DNA of 64,000 nucleotides from a candidate division FCPU426 bacterium (GCA_963796105.1 CAWCKJ010000004.1:320001-384000); one strand, 5' to 3'. Shown: positions 40,035 to 50,498, counted from the stretch's first letter. Program-made: numbers and translations. The notes: generated by a model not told the origin, from the sequence alone.

Positions 40035-43000
40035 TTATGGCGTATCCAATTTCTTCACGGCGGTCCCTAATGGCAACCCCTTGACGTAAACAAAATCAAA
40101 AACCCGCAGGGGATCTCCCTGCTTTTCGACCATGACCGCGGCCATGTAGCGGTTGTCCCTCTCCGGATGGGGCTCGCGCGGCATATTCAAGAAAAGGCTT
40201 TTCACTTTTACCATATTCCCCGCGGGAAGCTCAAACGGCCCCAGGGTCGCCAGCTCATCCAGGTAATTTTTCGAGGTGTCTATCTGGTGGAGAACCACCC
40301 CTTTCAAGTCCTCGGGCGAATGGTTGCGGATTTCCACGCTTAACGGAACCGGCACCCCAACGGAAGCTTCCTTGGGGGCGGTGACAGTCACGTCAATGGG
40401 TAATAGCCCTTCGGCTTGTTGTAACGTCGTAAAGGCTTTTCCTCCCGCAATGGTCCATTCCATGGTGGTGTAAGGACCCCGGATTCCCCAAACCAACCGG
40501 TAAAGGTCGTGCCAAAACATTCCTAGATTGGCGTTCTCCGGAAACCAGTTCTGGAAAGTCTCGTTTTCGCGGTTATAAAGTTCCAGCGGGCCGGGAGGTT
40601 CAAGGGTTTTCTGGACCCAATTGAAGTCCACCATCTCTCCCATGGCGTACATGCCGTTTTCCCTGGATAAATAAACAGGCCAATGCCGTTTCATGGCCTC
40701 AATATGTTCTCTCGTCCCCTCGTAGAGCATGATATGGTTAAAGGCCACCCCAGCGTCAATGAACATGGCTGGATCTTGGCCGTGTTGATGTCCCATTTCC
40801 CATCCCAAGGTGAACGTGAACACCGGCTTGGTAACCTTTGCCTCATCCAAGATGCTTTTCAGGGCCAGCGACACCTTGTGGGCCCTCCACCACTCGAACA
40901 AAGCCACCACCTGGGGATTTTCCTTTAATTCCACGGTCCTGGCCAGCCAGTGAATCCGATCTTGCTTTGACATAGACCAAAAATCCATGGGGCCAGGGAC
41001 GTTCAAATCCCTGACGAACTCATCCACCATCTCATACCCGGCAAAACCTGTCCTGACATAATCCAAACCTATGATATCAACCAGGGGTTCCTGATCCATT
41101 TTCCTTAGGAAATCGATGATATCCTTGCGGCGTTTTTTATCATCCAGGGAGATGAACCTAGTCTGGATGACCTCGTCGCTGTCCGGATCGTATCCCAGCG
41201 AGAAGTCGTAAGGCGCTTGCTTCCAAGCGTCGCCTTCCACTTTAAAGGTGGTCATGTACCCAGCGAACTGCAGGCCTTTCGCGTGGGCGGCCCTCGCGTA
41301 ACGGCGGCCCGTTTCCATTTCGAGGCGGTTGTAAGGAAAATCCGCCTGCACGAAATGATCCCAAATGGAGGTTTGTCCCATCAAGTCGCAGTATAAATTT
41401 GCCCCCATGAATTTCGCCCAATCAATGGCGTTGGAGGTGCTGGAGGATCCGTTTCCATCCAAAGGCGGCACGGCGCCGTTTACCAATTGCTTCCCCCCCT
41501 CCATCGTAAGCGCGGCATAGCCGGGATAAAGCCCGTGGGGTTTCAAGTGCGCGATGGTAAACGCGGATTCAAAAGTCCGGGGAACCTTCCATTGCGGGGA
41601 AGTAATGATCACCTCGGCGATGTAAGTTCCCGCCTTGGGGTTGTAGGGAATCGGCCAATTGCCGAGAAGCTTCTTCCCCTCCTGATCCTTCCTTAAATAC
41701 AACTTGGACCTGCCATCCACCATGTTAACCGGCTCCCCGTCGCGGAACACCTCCACGGATGCGTGGATATCGGAGAAATAAGTCGAATCCTTTGGATTAA
41801 CCCTCACCTCAAAAGGCACCATTTCGTAGCGAAAAAAAGTGCGAGTGGGCATAACGGCGATGGCGTCTGGAATCATCTGGGAAACAGAGGGTGCTTGGAG
41901 GACGTTCTTGGCCCTGGAGGGGGAAAGGGTGGCCTTGGCCCAGTAGGCGCCAACACTTAATAAAAGAACAATTAAAACAGCCCAGCCGATCAGGGATCGC
42001 TCAACAAAAGCCTGGTAAATCCCTTTCCAGGATTCCCAACGCGGTGCCGGCCGCAGCAAGGGCAAAAACTCGGGGGAAGGCCATTCCAAATTCGGCTTCT
42101 GGGTGTTTTCAGGAACATCAACAATATCTTTCTCATGGCTCTCCTCATGGCCGATCCCAGCCCTGGAAAGTGGCGTTGAAACCCTCCCCGAAGCCAATGG
42201 GCTGGGGATCTCATCGGCCATTTCCGGATTGAGTTGAATGGCATTTTCCTCCTCCCATTCTTCCTGGAATGGGGTTTCAACCCATTCCGTTAGGACCCGT
42301 TTCGTTTCTGAATAGGCTTCTTCCAAATCCTTTGTTTTTTTCTCTGCCGGGAAAGAATGGGCCTTATCTATTGCTGGAGACTTCCTTGAAAAATAACTCT
42401 TGCGCCACTGGTTCATATTCCAAATCAAACCAACGATCGATCGAAACAGGAACGGGAATGATGAGAAAAACCATCGAACTGCTATCAGGGAATAACGGAA
42501 GAGGAAACTAAGACCCGTCAGGATTTTTTTAACCGCCCAGGGAATAAACGAAAAAAACGGCCAAATCCAATCCTTCCCTTTTCCCGAAAGCTTTTCCAGG
42601 ATCAAACCCACACGCGGCAAATATTTTCCAGCCTCCTTAATCACACTTTTAATATTGAGAACGGTGGGCTCGGTCTTTGGCAAGCGGAAAGGCTCCAGGT
42701 TTTTCGGGGATAAAGTGCTGATATCCCCAAGCGGGACTGATTTTTCCCGGGTGAGCCTCACCACCGTTTCCACGTGGTAGGTCTGGGGGAACATGTCCAG
42801 CGGCTGCGCCCAGTCCGCCCTGTAGCCGTGTTTGGTCAAAAGGGAAAGGTCCCGGGCCAGGGTGGAAGGGTCGCAGGAAACATAGACCAATCTTTCGGGA
42901 TGGAAAGCCGTCAAATGCGCCAGAAACTCCGGCAGGACTCCCTTGCGGGGAGGATCCATGATCACAGCGTCCAGTTGCGTCATTCCCTTATCCCGCAAGC

Positions 43001-44177
43001 CCGTCAGGACCCGGCCGACGTCGCCTTCCAGGAAATCCAGGTTGTCCCGCTGATTCAATTGCGCGTTGAATTTCGCGTCCTCGACCGCGGGAGCTGATTC
43101 TTCGATGCCGACCACGTAGTCCGCTTTGTTGGATACAGCCAGGGCTAGGGTCCCAATCCCGCAATAGAGGTCCAGGAGCATCTCCCATTTCTTCTTATGC
43201 TCCGGGTCGCCGAGCGCCTCCCTGACCACGGTATGGAGGATATCCGCCTGGGGTGTGTTCACCTGGAGGAAGGACATCAGGGACACCCTCAGTCTGAGAT
43301 CGTCGATCACCTCGAAACAGTGGTCCCTTCCGGCCAAGAGGCGCGTCGTGGTCCCGAAAACGGAATTGGTCCGGGAGGGATTGATGTTTTGAAGCACGCC
43401 CACCAATCCCGGGACTTCCTCCAAAAGCTCCGCCGAGATCCTGGGGAGGATTCGGTCCAAGGTTTCTAAGATCAGGGCCGGCTTTTGAAGGCGCTCCTCG
43501 GGGGTTTCCGAGCGGGTGATGAAGGACAACAGCATTTCCCCTGTTTTTACCCCGTGCCGGACGGCCAAGTGCCTCAGGAAACCCGTGTGTTTCTTCTCCT
43601 GGTACGGCGTCAAACCTGAGCGGTCGATTTTCCTTAGGACTTTTTGGATCAAGTCGTTGACGGGATCCCCCTGGATGGGGCAGGTCTGGTAAGGAACGAG
43701 GTGATGGGAACGGGGTTCGTAAATTCCCGAGACAAAATGTCCTTCCCGCATCGAGAGAACCGGAAGGGCCTTGTTGCGGTAAGCGTAGGGGCTGGGCGAG
43801 GGTAGGCAGGGCTGAACCAGGACGTTTGAAAGGTGGCCGATTCTTTGGAAGGCGTCCACAACAAATTGGCGCTTGGCTTGGAGCTGACGGGAATATTGCA
43901 GGTGCTGCCATTGGCATCCCCCGCACTCCTCGAATACGGAACAGGCTGGAACCACGCGGTCCGGTGATCTTTTCAGGAAGTTAAGAATCTCCCCCGTGGC
44001 GTAATGATCCTTTACTTGGTTGATCTTTACGGCCACCCTCTCGCCGGGAAGGCCGCCCGGGACAAATACGGCAAAATCACGGTAACGCCCTACTGAATCC
44101 CCCCCGAAGGCGAGGGAGTGGATGTCGATCTCGATGATGTCGCCGTGGTGTACGGGTTTGACGAATTTGGTTTCCAT
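40035..44177 (-). CDS. rlmD: 23S rRNA m5U methyltransferase (RlmD/TrmA family) fused through a TM helix to an extracytoplasmic GH-like domain
   Basis: TRAM domain, C-x5-CGGC 4Fe-4S motif, LDLYCGIG, DPPRKG, YVSCDPSTLARD, DMFPQTYHVE. Then ~900 extra aa including a TM helix (LIGWAVLIVLLLSVGAYW) and IIGLDYVR. Confidence 0.85.
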   Translation of the reverse strand: METKFVKPVHHGDIIEIDIHSLAFGGDSVGRYRDFAVFVPGGLPGERVAVKINQVKDHYATGEILNFLKRSPDRVVPACSVFEECGGCQWQHLQYSRQLQAKRQFVVDAFQRIGHLSNVLVQPCLPSPSPYAYRNKALPVLSMREGHFVSGIYEPRSHHLVPYQTCPIQGDPVNDLIQKVLRKIDRSGLTPYQEKKHTGFLRHLAVRHGVKTGEMLLSFITRSETPEERLQKPALILETLDRILPRISAELLEEVPGLVGVLQNINPSRTNSVFGTTTRLLAGRDHCFEVIDDLRLRVSLMSFLQVNTPQADILHTVVREALGDPEHKKKWEMLLDLYCGIGTLALAVSNKADYVVGIEESAPAVEDAKFNAQLNQRDNLDFLEGDVGRVLTGLRDKGMTQLDAVIMDPPRKGVLPEFLAHLTAFHPERLVYVSCDPSTLARDLSLLTKHGYRADWAQPLDMFPQTYHVETVVRLTREKSVPLGDISTLSPKNLEPFRLPKTEPTVLNIKSVIKEAGKYLPRVGLILEKLSGKGKDWIWPFFSFIPWAVKKILTGLSFLFRYSLIAVRWFFSSFPFLFRSIVGLIWNMNQWRKSYFSRKSPAIDKAHSFPAEKKTKDLEEAYSETKRVLTEWVETPFQEEWEEENAIQLNPEMADEIPSPLASGRVSTPLSRAGIGHEESHEKDIVDVPENTQKPNLEWPSPEFLPLLRPAPRWESWKGIYQAFVERSLIGWAVLIVLLLSVGAYWAKATLSPSRAKNVLQAPSVSQMIPDAIAVMPTRTFFRYEMVPFEVRVNPKDSTYFSDIHASVEVFRDGEPVNMVDGRSKLYLRKDQEGKKLLGNWPIPYNPKAGTYIAEVIITSPQWKVPRTFESAFTIAHLKPHGLYPGYAALTMEGGKQLVNGAVPPLDGNGSSSTSNAIDWAKFMGANLYCDLMGQTSIWDHFVQADFPYNRLEMETGRRYARAAHAKGLQFAGYMTTFKVEGDAWKQAPYDFSLGYDPDSDEVIQTRFISLDDKKRRKDIIDFLRKMDQEPLVDIIGLDYVRTGFAGYEMVDEFVRDLNVPGPMDFWSMSKQDRIHWLARTVELKENPQVVALFEWWRAHKVSLALKSILDEAKVTKPVFTFTLGWEMGHQHGQDPAMFIDAGVAFNHIMLYEGTREHIEAMKRHWPVYLSRENGMYAMGEMVDFNWVQKTLEPPGPLELYNRENETFQNWFPENANLGMFWHDLYRLVWGIRGPYTTMEWTIAGGKAFTTLQQAEGLLPIDVTVTAPKEASVGVPVPLSVEIRNHSPEDLKGVVLHQIDTSKNYLDELATLGPFELPAGNMVKVKSLFLNMPREPHPERDNRYMAAVMVEKQGDPLRVFDFVYVKGLPLGTAVKKLDTP

Positions 44178-44573
44178 TCAGTTATTTAGGTTACCCTTTC
44201 AAGTTCCAGGATCAATCCATTCATTCGATAATTAAACGTCAAATCAATTTGGGCTGTTTTACTGATGCGCAACTAAGCTAACTGCCTTATCGAATAAATT
44301 ATTTTAACTGTTATTTCAACCAGGGCAACCTGGGTTTTGGGGTTAAAGCTCTTCCCCATTGGTATCAAAACTCATCCTCAAGCTACAAACTGCATACTTT
44401 AAGGCCTTATATACAACTTCTTGTGGCGGCAAACCTTGCGGTAGGAAAACCGAGCAAAAGAAGGGGCTGGTATCTTACCGATTTCCATAAAAGTGTTTGG
44501 CTTTGGGAAAAAGACAAGATGAAATTTTGGATACCGTGGTAAAGGATGAAACTCGCTGAACGCGGGTTTCAGG

Positions 44574-45266
44574 TCAATGCTTGACGGCGGGGGCGGCCTT
44601 GGGCGCGGTGGCGTCGCCCTCCAACCGCAAATAGTCGAGATAAACCACGACGGGCTCCGTGGCTCCCGTAAGATCCACCCAGAACTTGATAGACCGGATG
44701 TTGCTTAAATCCAGGCGGGCTTGGATCATCTTGTCCAAGGGAACATCAATGTTGGTGACTTTCTTGGGCGTCAAGGGCCCAGTGATATCGGAAAAAACAA
44801 ACCCGTGGGAATCAGCTACTTCCATATGATAAATCACAGGATGATCCTGGGGATTGAAGACATCCAGTTTCAAATCGGCGTATTCCTGCCACTCATAAAC
44901 CTTCAATTGGGTAACGGAATTGGTGTCGAGGGACATTTGGGGGCGCCATTCAACGCCGGGAGTGGGGGTGGGGAAAAACTGGCTTTGCAGGAGAAAGGTG
45001 GCTTTCGCGCAAAGCTTGCCGTGGGTCTGGTTTTCCTTGGCGGGTTCTATTTTGACGTAGCCCCCGGTCATCCAATCGAAATCGTCATTGGGATACTCGA
45101 AATCCGTGATCACCATGCTTTTGGTCAGGTTTTTGTGATGTTTGAAAATACCCCCCAAACCCAAGCCGGTCACAAGGGCATATCCCAAAGCCAGTAAAAA
45201 AACGATTCCCAGAATCCAAAGAAATGCGCGCATTTGCTTTCCTATTTTTCCAAGAAATTCAATCAA
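44574..45266 (-). CDS. Membrane-anchored protein with putative carbohydrate-binding (galactose-binding-like) domain
   Basis: N-terminal TM; ITDFE...WQEYADLKLDVFNP...LDLSNIRSIKF...YLDYLRL pattern. Confidence 0.55.
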   Translation of the reverse strand: MIEFLGKIGKQMRAFLWILGIVFLLALGYALVTGLGLGGIFKHHKNLTKSMVITDFEYPNDDFDWMTGGYVKIEPAKENQTHGKLCAKATFLLQSQFFPTPTPGVEWRPQMSLDTNSVTQLKVYEWQEYADLKLDVFNPQDHPVIYHMEVADSHGFVFSDITGPLTPKKVTNIDVPLDKMIQARLDLSNIRSIKFWVDLTGATEPVVVYLDYLRLEGDATAPKAAPAVKH

Positions 45267-45463
45267 CCAAGTGAGGCGGAGGCATTGTATCAGCCCTTTG
45301 GGTGTCCTGCAACTTTCCTGGTTATACTTTTCCTTATATATAGCCGATTAGAATTGAACGGAATTTGGGCCGAGGGTTTGTCGTTTGGCTTTTTAAGCAT
45401 TCCTAAGCCAGGCGCCTCCAGGATTTTATCATCCTTGGATTCCACCCTGATCATGGCCTCCTG

Positions 45464-46492
45464 CTATTTCTTGGATTTGGATGACTTCCGGACAACCAAT
45501 TGGCCGGGAACCAATATTTGCCGGGGCTTCCATTGCTCCGGCTCCTTGACCTTCTCCAGCAGGATTCGAGTGGCTTCCACGCTGATGGTCCTGTAATCCT
45601 GCCGGATGGTCGTCAGGGAATAAGGAGCTTTCGAGACCTCCGGAATGTCGTCGAAACCAACCAAGTCGATATCCTTTCCCACTTTCAATTTGGCTTTTTC
45701 CAGGGCCTTGATCGCTCCCATCGCCATGAGGTCATTGGAGGCGAAAACCGCCGTAGGTTTGTCCCGAAGCGCCAGGAGTTTTTTCATGGCTTCCTCTCCG
45801 GATTCCTCGAGGAAATTTCCGCCCACGATATATTCCGGGGGGATTTTGAGCCCATGTTTTTCCATAGCGGACTGGAAGCCTGCCAGCCGGTCGGCGGCGT
45901 TGCGCGAATTGTCCACCTGCCCGGTGATAATGGCGATCTTCCTGTGTTTTAATCCCGCAAAGTGGTCCACCACCTGGCCCACCGCTTGGATGTTATCGGT
46001 ATCCACGAAATCCAAACTTGGGTCCGAGGTCCTGTAGCCCACCAGCACGATCGGCACCCGGTTGTTCAAGATCAGGCCCAGGTCCTTTTCCTCCAGGTAC
46101 GGCGAAACCATGAGGATGCCGTCCACGACGTTGTTGAAAACCCGCTTGTAAACTTCCTGCGGGTCGAAAACCCCCGCGATGGTATTGATCAATAGGCCGA
46201 ATTGGTTTTCCTGGACAACCTGGTTGACGCCGTTCAAAAGTTCCAAGTACCAGGCGCTTTCCATGTTGAACTGGTAACCCGGCCAGGAGAAAAAAACCTC
46301 GATCAGGTTGGTCTGTTTGATCACCAGTCCGCGCGCGATGGGGTTCGGCTTGAAATGTAGCTCCTCGATGGCTTGAAGGACTTTTTTCCGCGTCTCTTCC
46401 AGGACATTCGGGTTCTTGTTCAGGACCCGCGAAACAGTCGAGATGGAAACTCCCGCCTTTTGGGCGACATCATAAATGGTGTTGACAGCCAT
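45464..46492 (-). CDS. LacI-family transcriptional regulator
   Basis: TIYDVAQKAGVSISTVSRVLN HTH; VFASNDLMA, VGFDD, LTTIRQ. Confidence 0.97.
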   Translation of the reverse strand: MAVNTIYDVAQKAGVSISTVSRVLNKNPNVLEETRKKVLQAIEELHFKPNPIARGLVIKQTNLIEVFFSWPGYQFNMESAWYLELLNGVNQVVQENQFGLLINTIAGVFDPQEVYKRVFNNVVDGILMVSPYLEEKDLGLILNNRVPIVLVGYRTSDPSLDFVDTDNIQAVGQVVDHFAGLKHRKIAIITGQVDNSRNAADRLAGFQSAMEKHGLKIPPEYIVGGNFLEESGEEAMKKLLALRDKPTAVFASNDLMAMGAIKALEKAKLKVGKDIDLVGFDDIPEVSKAPYSLTTIRQDYRTISVEATRILLEKVKEPEQWKPRQILVPGQLVVRKSSKSKK

Positions 46493-46527
46493 AGGTCTCC
46501 TTGTTTCTTAAGGGAAAATATTTCCGC

Positions 46528-46540
46528 GAAAACGGTTTTC
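46528..46540. promoter_or_regulatory. Probable LacI-family operator (autoregulation)
   Basis: Palindrome GAAAAC-G-GTTTTC ~36 bp upstream of the lacI-family start, downstream of a minus-strand TATAAT at ~46652-46657. Confidence 0.55.
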
Positions 46541-46982
46541 TTCCCCGTTTCATGCTTTCATGCGCTTTCATCAGCTTACCCAATGATCTCCTGGAGTTTT
46601 TTAAAGATGGATAAAAAAAGGATTATCTCGGGCCTGATCAAAGACAACCTCATTATACCCCCGCTCGAATGGAATTTCATTTTCCTTTTGAGTCAACCAG
46701 ATCAAAAAGCCAGAACGGCGGGAAATCTTGTCAAGGGACGGTCATTCGCACCCCATACCAGCCTTCTATTCACCTGATAGCGAGGCTGGCATAGTACCGA
46801 TTTCTATATCTGTCTTATTGCAAATCGGTACAGCGTAGTGCAGGGCTTGGGGTCACTTTTGATGGCCCGAATATCATTTCAGGCCCAAGCCCGGAATTTC
46901 ATTTGCCGGTTAAACGAAGTGCAATTGGAATCGATGTAAGCAGCGAAAGGAATGTAAGCCGGACTCTTTGTTTCCAATCCGT

Positions 46983-49553
46983 TTAACGAACGACGAGCAC
47001 TTTGAATTTCGTGTTCTTGGTCGATTGGTCGGCGTAGTGGACTTTGATTCGAACAATATAAAGCCCGGACGCGGCGTGGGAAGGCATCCAGGCGTGACGG
47101 TTTGTGTTGGCGAACTCAAGATGGGCCGTTAATTCCCCCGCGACCGTGTAAATCCACCATTCACTGCTGAGGGGCTGTTTGTCGAAAAACAGCTGGATAG
47201 CCTGTCCATTCGCGGAAACGGTCGGGCCCAGAAGCAATCCATGGCTCGATGGGTTGTATAAAGGCGTGGGAGTAATCGTGGGGGTGTTCGTGATCGTGGG
47301 GGGGAGAGTAATGGTTGGAGTGAGTGTGATAGTCGGCGTGTTCGTGATCGTAAAGGTCGGGGTGGGCGATCCCCGGTAATTCATGACCAATCCCCAATCC
47401 CAAGCGGTGGAAGGCACGGTGACGTTCATGGCACCGCCCGAGGCGGTCGCGGTGCCGGTTGAGGAAAGGGCGCCGGTTTGGGTGTTGTACCAATGGGTGT
47501 TCCAGGTGCCGTTCGTGCCGACTCCGATAAATTGAACCGTTCCAGTGAGGGCCGGGGGGGCGCCGTTGGCAAGGACATACGCGTAATTGTAGTTGCGGTT
47601 GGTCACCCAGGCCGCGATGGTTTGGGCCGACTGGAGGGCGTAGGTTTTCAACCCAGCCACACAGCCCCCAAAGACATAAGTGGTGTCCATCCAATCCGTC
47701 CCCGTGTCGCTCACGAAAAGGGTCGCTGGCCCGGCTGGCACCGGCACCGAATAGGTGGTGTTGGAGACGGCCTGGCTGTTCAAGACCTGGGTCCCATTGA
47801 GGGTGATGTTGAGAATCGGCACCCCGGGCGTGGGGCAGATGTTGCCCACCTGCACCCGGAAATTACCCGCCGCCGGGTAATTACAGATGAAAGTCGGGGG
47901 GTTGACCAAGGTGGGGTGGTAGGAGCCGTAAAGCTCGGAGGACAGACTCCCCACGCCGGGGGACAAGGTGCCGTTGGAATTTACGGTGAAGCGGTTGGCG
48001 GCGGCGACGGTTCCCCACCCCAGGGACCCCGTGACGGTGAGGTCGGCGTAGGAAGAAGCCGTGACCAGGGGTTGGTTGAAGGTGAACCCCGAATGGACGA
48101 AATCCAGCAAGGAAGCGAAGGTGGAAAGCCCCTTGTAGTTGTAATAAAGGTTTTGCGGGTCGATGTAGTCGTCCCACCACCACATGGCCCCGCTCCCGTC
48201 AGACTCGCCTAGCAGGTCTCCCCACATGACGTTATGAAACTCGATTCCGCCGGGGTCCATGGACACAGGGGCGGAGGAGGAACTGACCCCGAACTCCCCC
48301 ACGTGCACGGGTTTGGAGGGGTAACTGCCCCGGTAGTTCTCGACGGTCCCGTGGATGCCGTCTTCCATGGCGGGGGAGGAATTATAAAAGTGTATCTGGG
48401 TGTAATCGATCAAGGAGGAGTTCCAAACATTCGGGTCGAACTGGCTTTCGGCGAAACTGGTGGTGACCAGGTGCAGGCTGTCGAGCGACTTGACGTAAGA
48501 GGCCATGTTTTCAAGCCAGGCGGCCACATCGGCTTGCACCGTGACGCTGGAGGTGTAATTGTCAGTCCACTCGATCTCATTGGCCAATTCCCAACACAGG
48601 GAAGGGTCATAGCCCCAGCGGGCCACGCAATAGCGCAGGTGCTGTTTCCAATAACTGATGGCGGTGGGGTTCGTGAAAAAATCCGTGGTGGTGGAACAGG
48701 GCCCCCCGTTGGTGCTGTTGTAGGGGCTTTGGGCCCAATTGGGATTGACGGTGGAGGAGACTGACCCGTGGTTCAAGAGGCACAGTTCCACCACGATGCC
48801 GTTGGTCCGGGCCTTTTCCAGGTCATAATCCAGCCGCCAGGCGTCGTACTGATAATAGGAGTAATTCCCCAGGCCCGGGGTGGAGTTTGGGTTCGTCCAC
48901 TCGATCTCGTGGTACCAGGGGCACATCCAATAACGGGCGAAATTTGCCCCCTGGGAGGACATCTTGGGAATCCACTGGTCGTAATCGAAGGTTCCCCCTC
49001 CGTAGTTGTCTTCATAGTCCCCCCAGCCCACGTCCTCCCCGATGGGAATGAATTGGGTGTTGTCGTCGTATTGGAAATAGCGTGGATCGGATGAAATCTT
49101 CGGAAAACCCTTGAGCGTGGAAGCGTTGCAATTGAAAGTTTGAGGGCCGTAGGTCCCGGTTCCCGACCCCGAATCCACCGCAGTCAGGTTATAGGTCCAG
49201 GTGCCGGTAGCGTTGGGGGAAAACCGTATCTTCCAGACGGGCGAACCGCTGGAGGTTAAAACCTCGGGCGGCCCCGAGCGGGTATAGGCCTGGTAATAAA
49301 ACCCATAGGCGGTGATGGCCTGAGAACCATTGGTGAAGACACCGTAAACGTTGATCTGGGAGGGGTTGTAAGGGTTGCCGTAGGTTGTCCCGGAAAGGGT
49401 AAAGGTCAGCTCAAATTTATCCAGGCGTTGGATGCTAGTGGAACTGGGGGTGACGCCGGTGAATACAGGCGAGGCCAGCGCTGGGTAAGTGAGGAAAGCC
49501 AGGTATGCAGTTAAGAGAGTCCGCGAAACAGAACGCACTAAAATCAAATTCAA
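46983..49553 (-). CDS. Secreted glycoside hydrolase (DUF5060-like N-terminus, GH5-like catalytic domain), Thr/Pro linker, T9SS-like C-terminal domain
   Basis: Signal peptide; FELTF...NPYNP...WKIRFSP; ARWGY, WELANE, VGEFG, WWWD; TPTIT repeats; IYTVAGE...ASGLYIVRI...KVLVVR. Confidence 0.75.
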   Translation of the reverse strand: MNLILVRSVSRTLLTAYLAFLTYPALASPVFTGVTPSSTSIQRLDKFELTFTLSGTTYGNPYNPSQINVYGVFTNGSQAITAYGFYYQAYTRSGPPEVLTSSGSPVWKIRFSPNATGTWTYNLTAVDSGSGTGTYGPQTFNCNASTLKGFPKISSDPRYFQYDDNTQFIPIGEDVGWGDYEDNYGGGTFDYDQWIPKMSSQGANFARYWMCPWYHEIEWTNPNSTPGLGNYSYYQYDAWRLDYDLEKARTNGIVVELCLLNHGSVSSTVNPNWAQSPYNSTNGGPCSTTTDFFTNPTAISYWKQHLRYCVARWGYDPSLCWELANEIEWTDNYTSSVTVQADVAAWLENMASYVKSLDSLHLVTTSFAESQFDPNVWNSSLIDYTQIHFYNSSPAMEDGIHGTVENYRGSYPSKPVHVGEFGVSSSSAPVSMDPGGIEFHNVMWGDLLGESDGSGAMWWWDDYIDPQNLYYNYKGLSTFASLLDFVHSGFTFNQPLVTASSYADLTVTGSLGWGTVAAANRFTVNSNGTLSPGVGSLSSELYGSYHPTLVNPPTFICNYPAAGNFRVQVGNICPTPGVPILNITLNGTQVLNSQAVSNTTYSVPVPAGPATLFVSDTGTDWMDTTYVFGGCVAGLKTYALQSAQTIAAWVTNRNYNYAYVLANGAPPALTGTVQFIGVGTNGTWNTHWYNTQTGALSSTGTATASGGAMNVTVPSTAWDWGLVMNYRGSPTPTFTITNTPTITLTPTITLPPTITNTPTITPTPLYNPSSHGLLLGPTVSANGQAIQLFFDKQPLSSEWWIYTVAGELTAHLEFANTNRHAWMPSHAASGLYIVRIKVHYADQSTKNTKFKVLVVR

Positions 49554-49740
49554 ATCCTTTTAAACCAAGGTTTCCCAGCCAACCGCATCCTATTATGCAC
49601 TAATCATTTCAATGTGGGGCTGGCGTTAATGGGGTTTTGTTCTTCTATGGGGGATAAAAGATGAAAGCGATATTATTTGTCGGATATTCGCATGAAGCGT
49701 CTTGATGGAACTTCGAGGAAGAGATGAGGAGAAACCTGGA

Positions 49741-50253
49741 TTAGTTGAACCTTTGGATGTAACCCAGTTGGAAAACGGGGACCACTTGGTTCGTCAGCAA
49801 GACGGCGTCAAGTTCCGCCGCGAGGCCTCCCCAATTGACGTCCATGCCGGCGCCCCCATAATAAAAACCCAGGCCTTTGATCACCGAACCGAGGGAAATA
49901 ATCGTGCTGATAGCCCCTCCCAAATTCAGGTAGCCACCCACCAGGGATAGATTGGCGGAAAAACTTTTCGTGTCAGTTAATTTTTTTGACAGGTCGAGTT
50001 GTACGCTTTCCATCCCCGCCGACGAAAACCCGTTCAGCTTGAAACCATAATCCTTCAAATAATATCCCCCCACCAGGTTGAAGAATGGCGGGATATCCCC
50101 GACCGTCAGTCCCAAAACGGGGTATTCCCCTGAATAAGCTGATGGGTTCGAATCAGCGGCTCCGGCCGCAAGGGGAAAAAGGAGTGTCAAACAAAAGCCC
50201 ATCGAAAACACCAAAGCCTGGCAAAACCGATAGATCATCTTAAATTTCCTCAT
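49741..50253 (-). CDS. Hypothetical secreted protein, possibly a small beta-barrel
   Basis: Signal peptide (AAGA-AD), GGAGG RBS, amphipathic strands, ends QLGYIQRFN. Confidence 0.55.
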   Translation of the reverse strand: MRKFKMIYRFCQALVFSMGFCLTLLFPLAAGAADSNPSAYSGEYPVLGLTVGDIPPFFNLVGGYYLKDYGFKLNGFSSAGMESVQLDLSKKLTDTKSFSANLSLVGGYLNLGGAISTIISLGSVIKGLGFYYGGAGMDVNWGGLAAELDAVLLTNQVVPVFQLGYIQRFN

Positions 50254-50498
50254 ATCCCAACCTCCACTCGCATAGGTACAGCGATTTATATTTCAGCCGA
50301 TCTGGAAAAAGTGTCCACCCATCCCGGACTATCCCACAACCCGGTTATTTTATCTTTAAGGGTTGTTCGGCCATTCCTGTTTCGGGGGTCTTTTTGGTCG
50401 GCCGTTTTCCCGCAGGGGTGAAAGTGTTTGAGGAAATTAAGAAAAACTTGAACCTGAAGCTGGCCCATTTCGACCGCCATTCCAACAGGAACCCCAGA

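Noticed and set aside
44420..44465. c-di-GMP-I riboswitch (GGCAAACC)
   Set aside because: Wrong strand for the downstream gene, and the GNRA hairpin and GACGCAAAGC elements are missing.
46744..46804. Sigma54 promoters (CTGGYA...TGC)
   Set aside because: The GG-to-GC spacing is not the required 10 nt.
50143..50155. tRNA T-loop (GGTTCGAATC)
   Set aside because: It lies within a CDS and has no cloverleaf around it.
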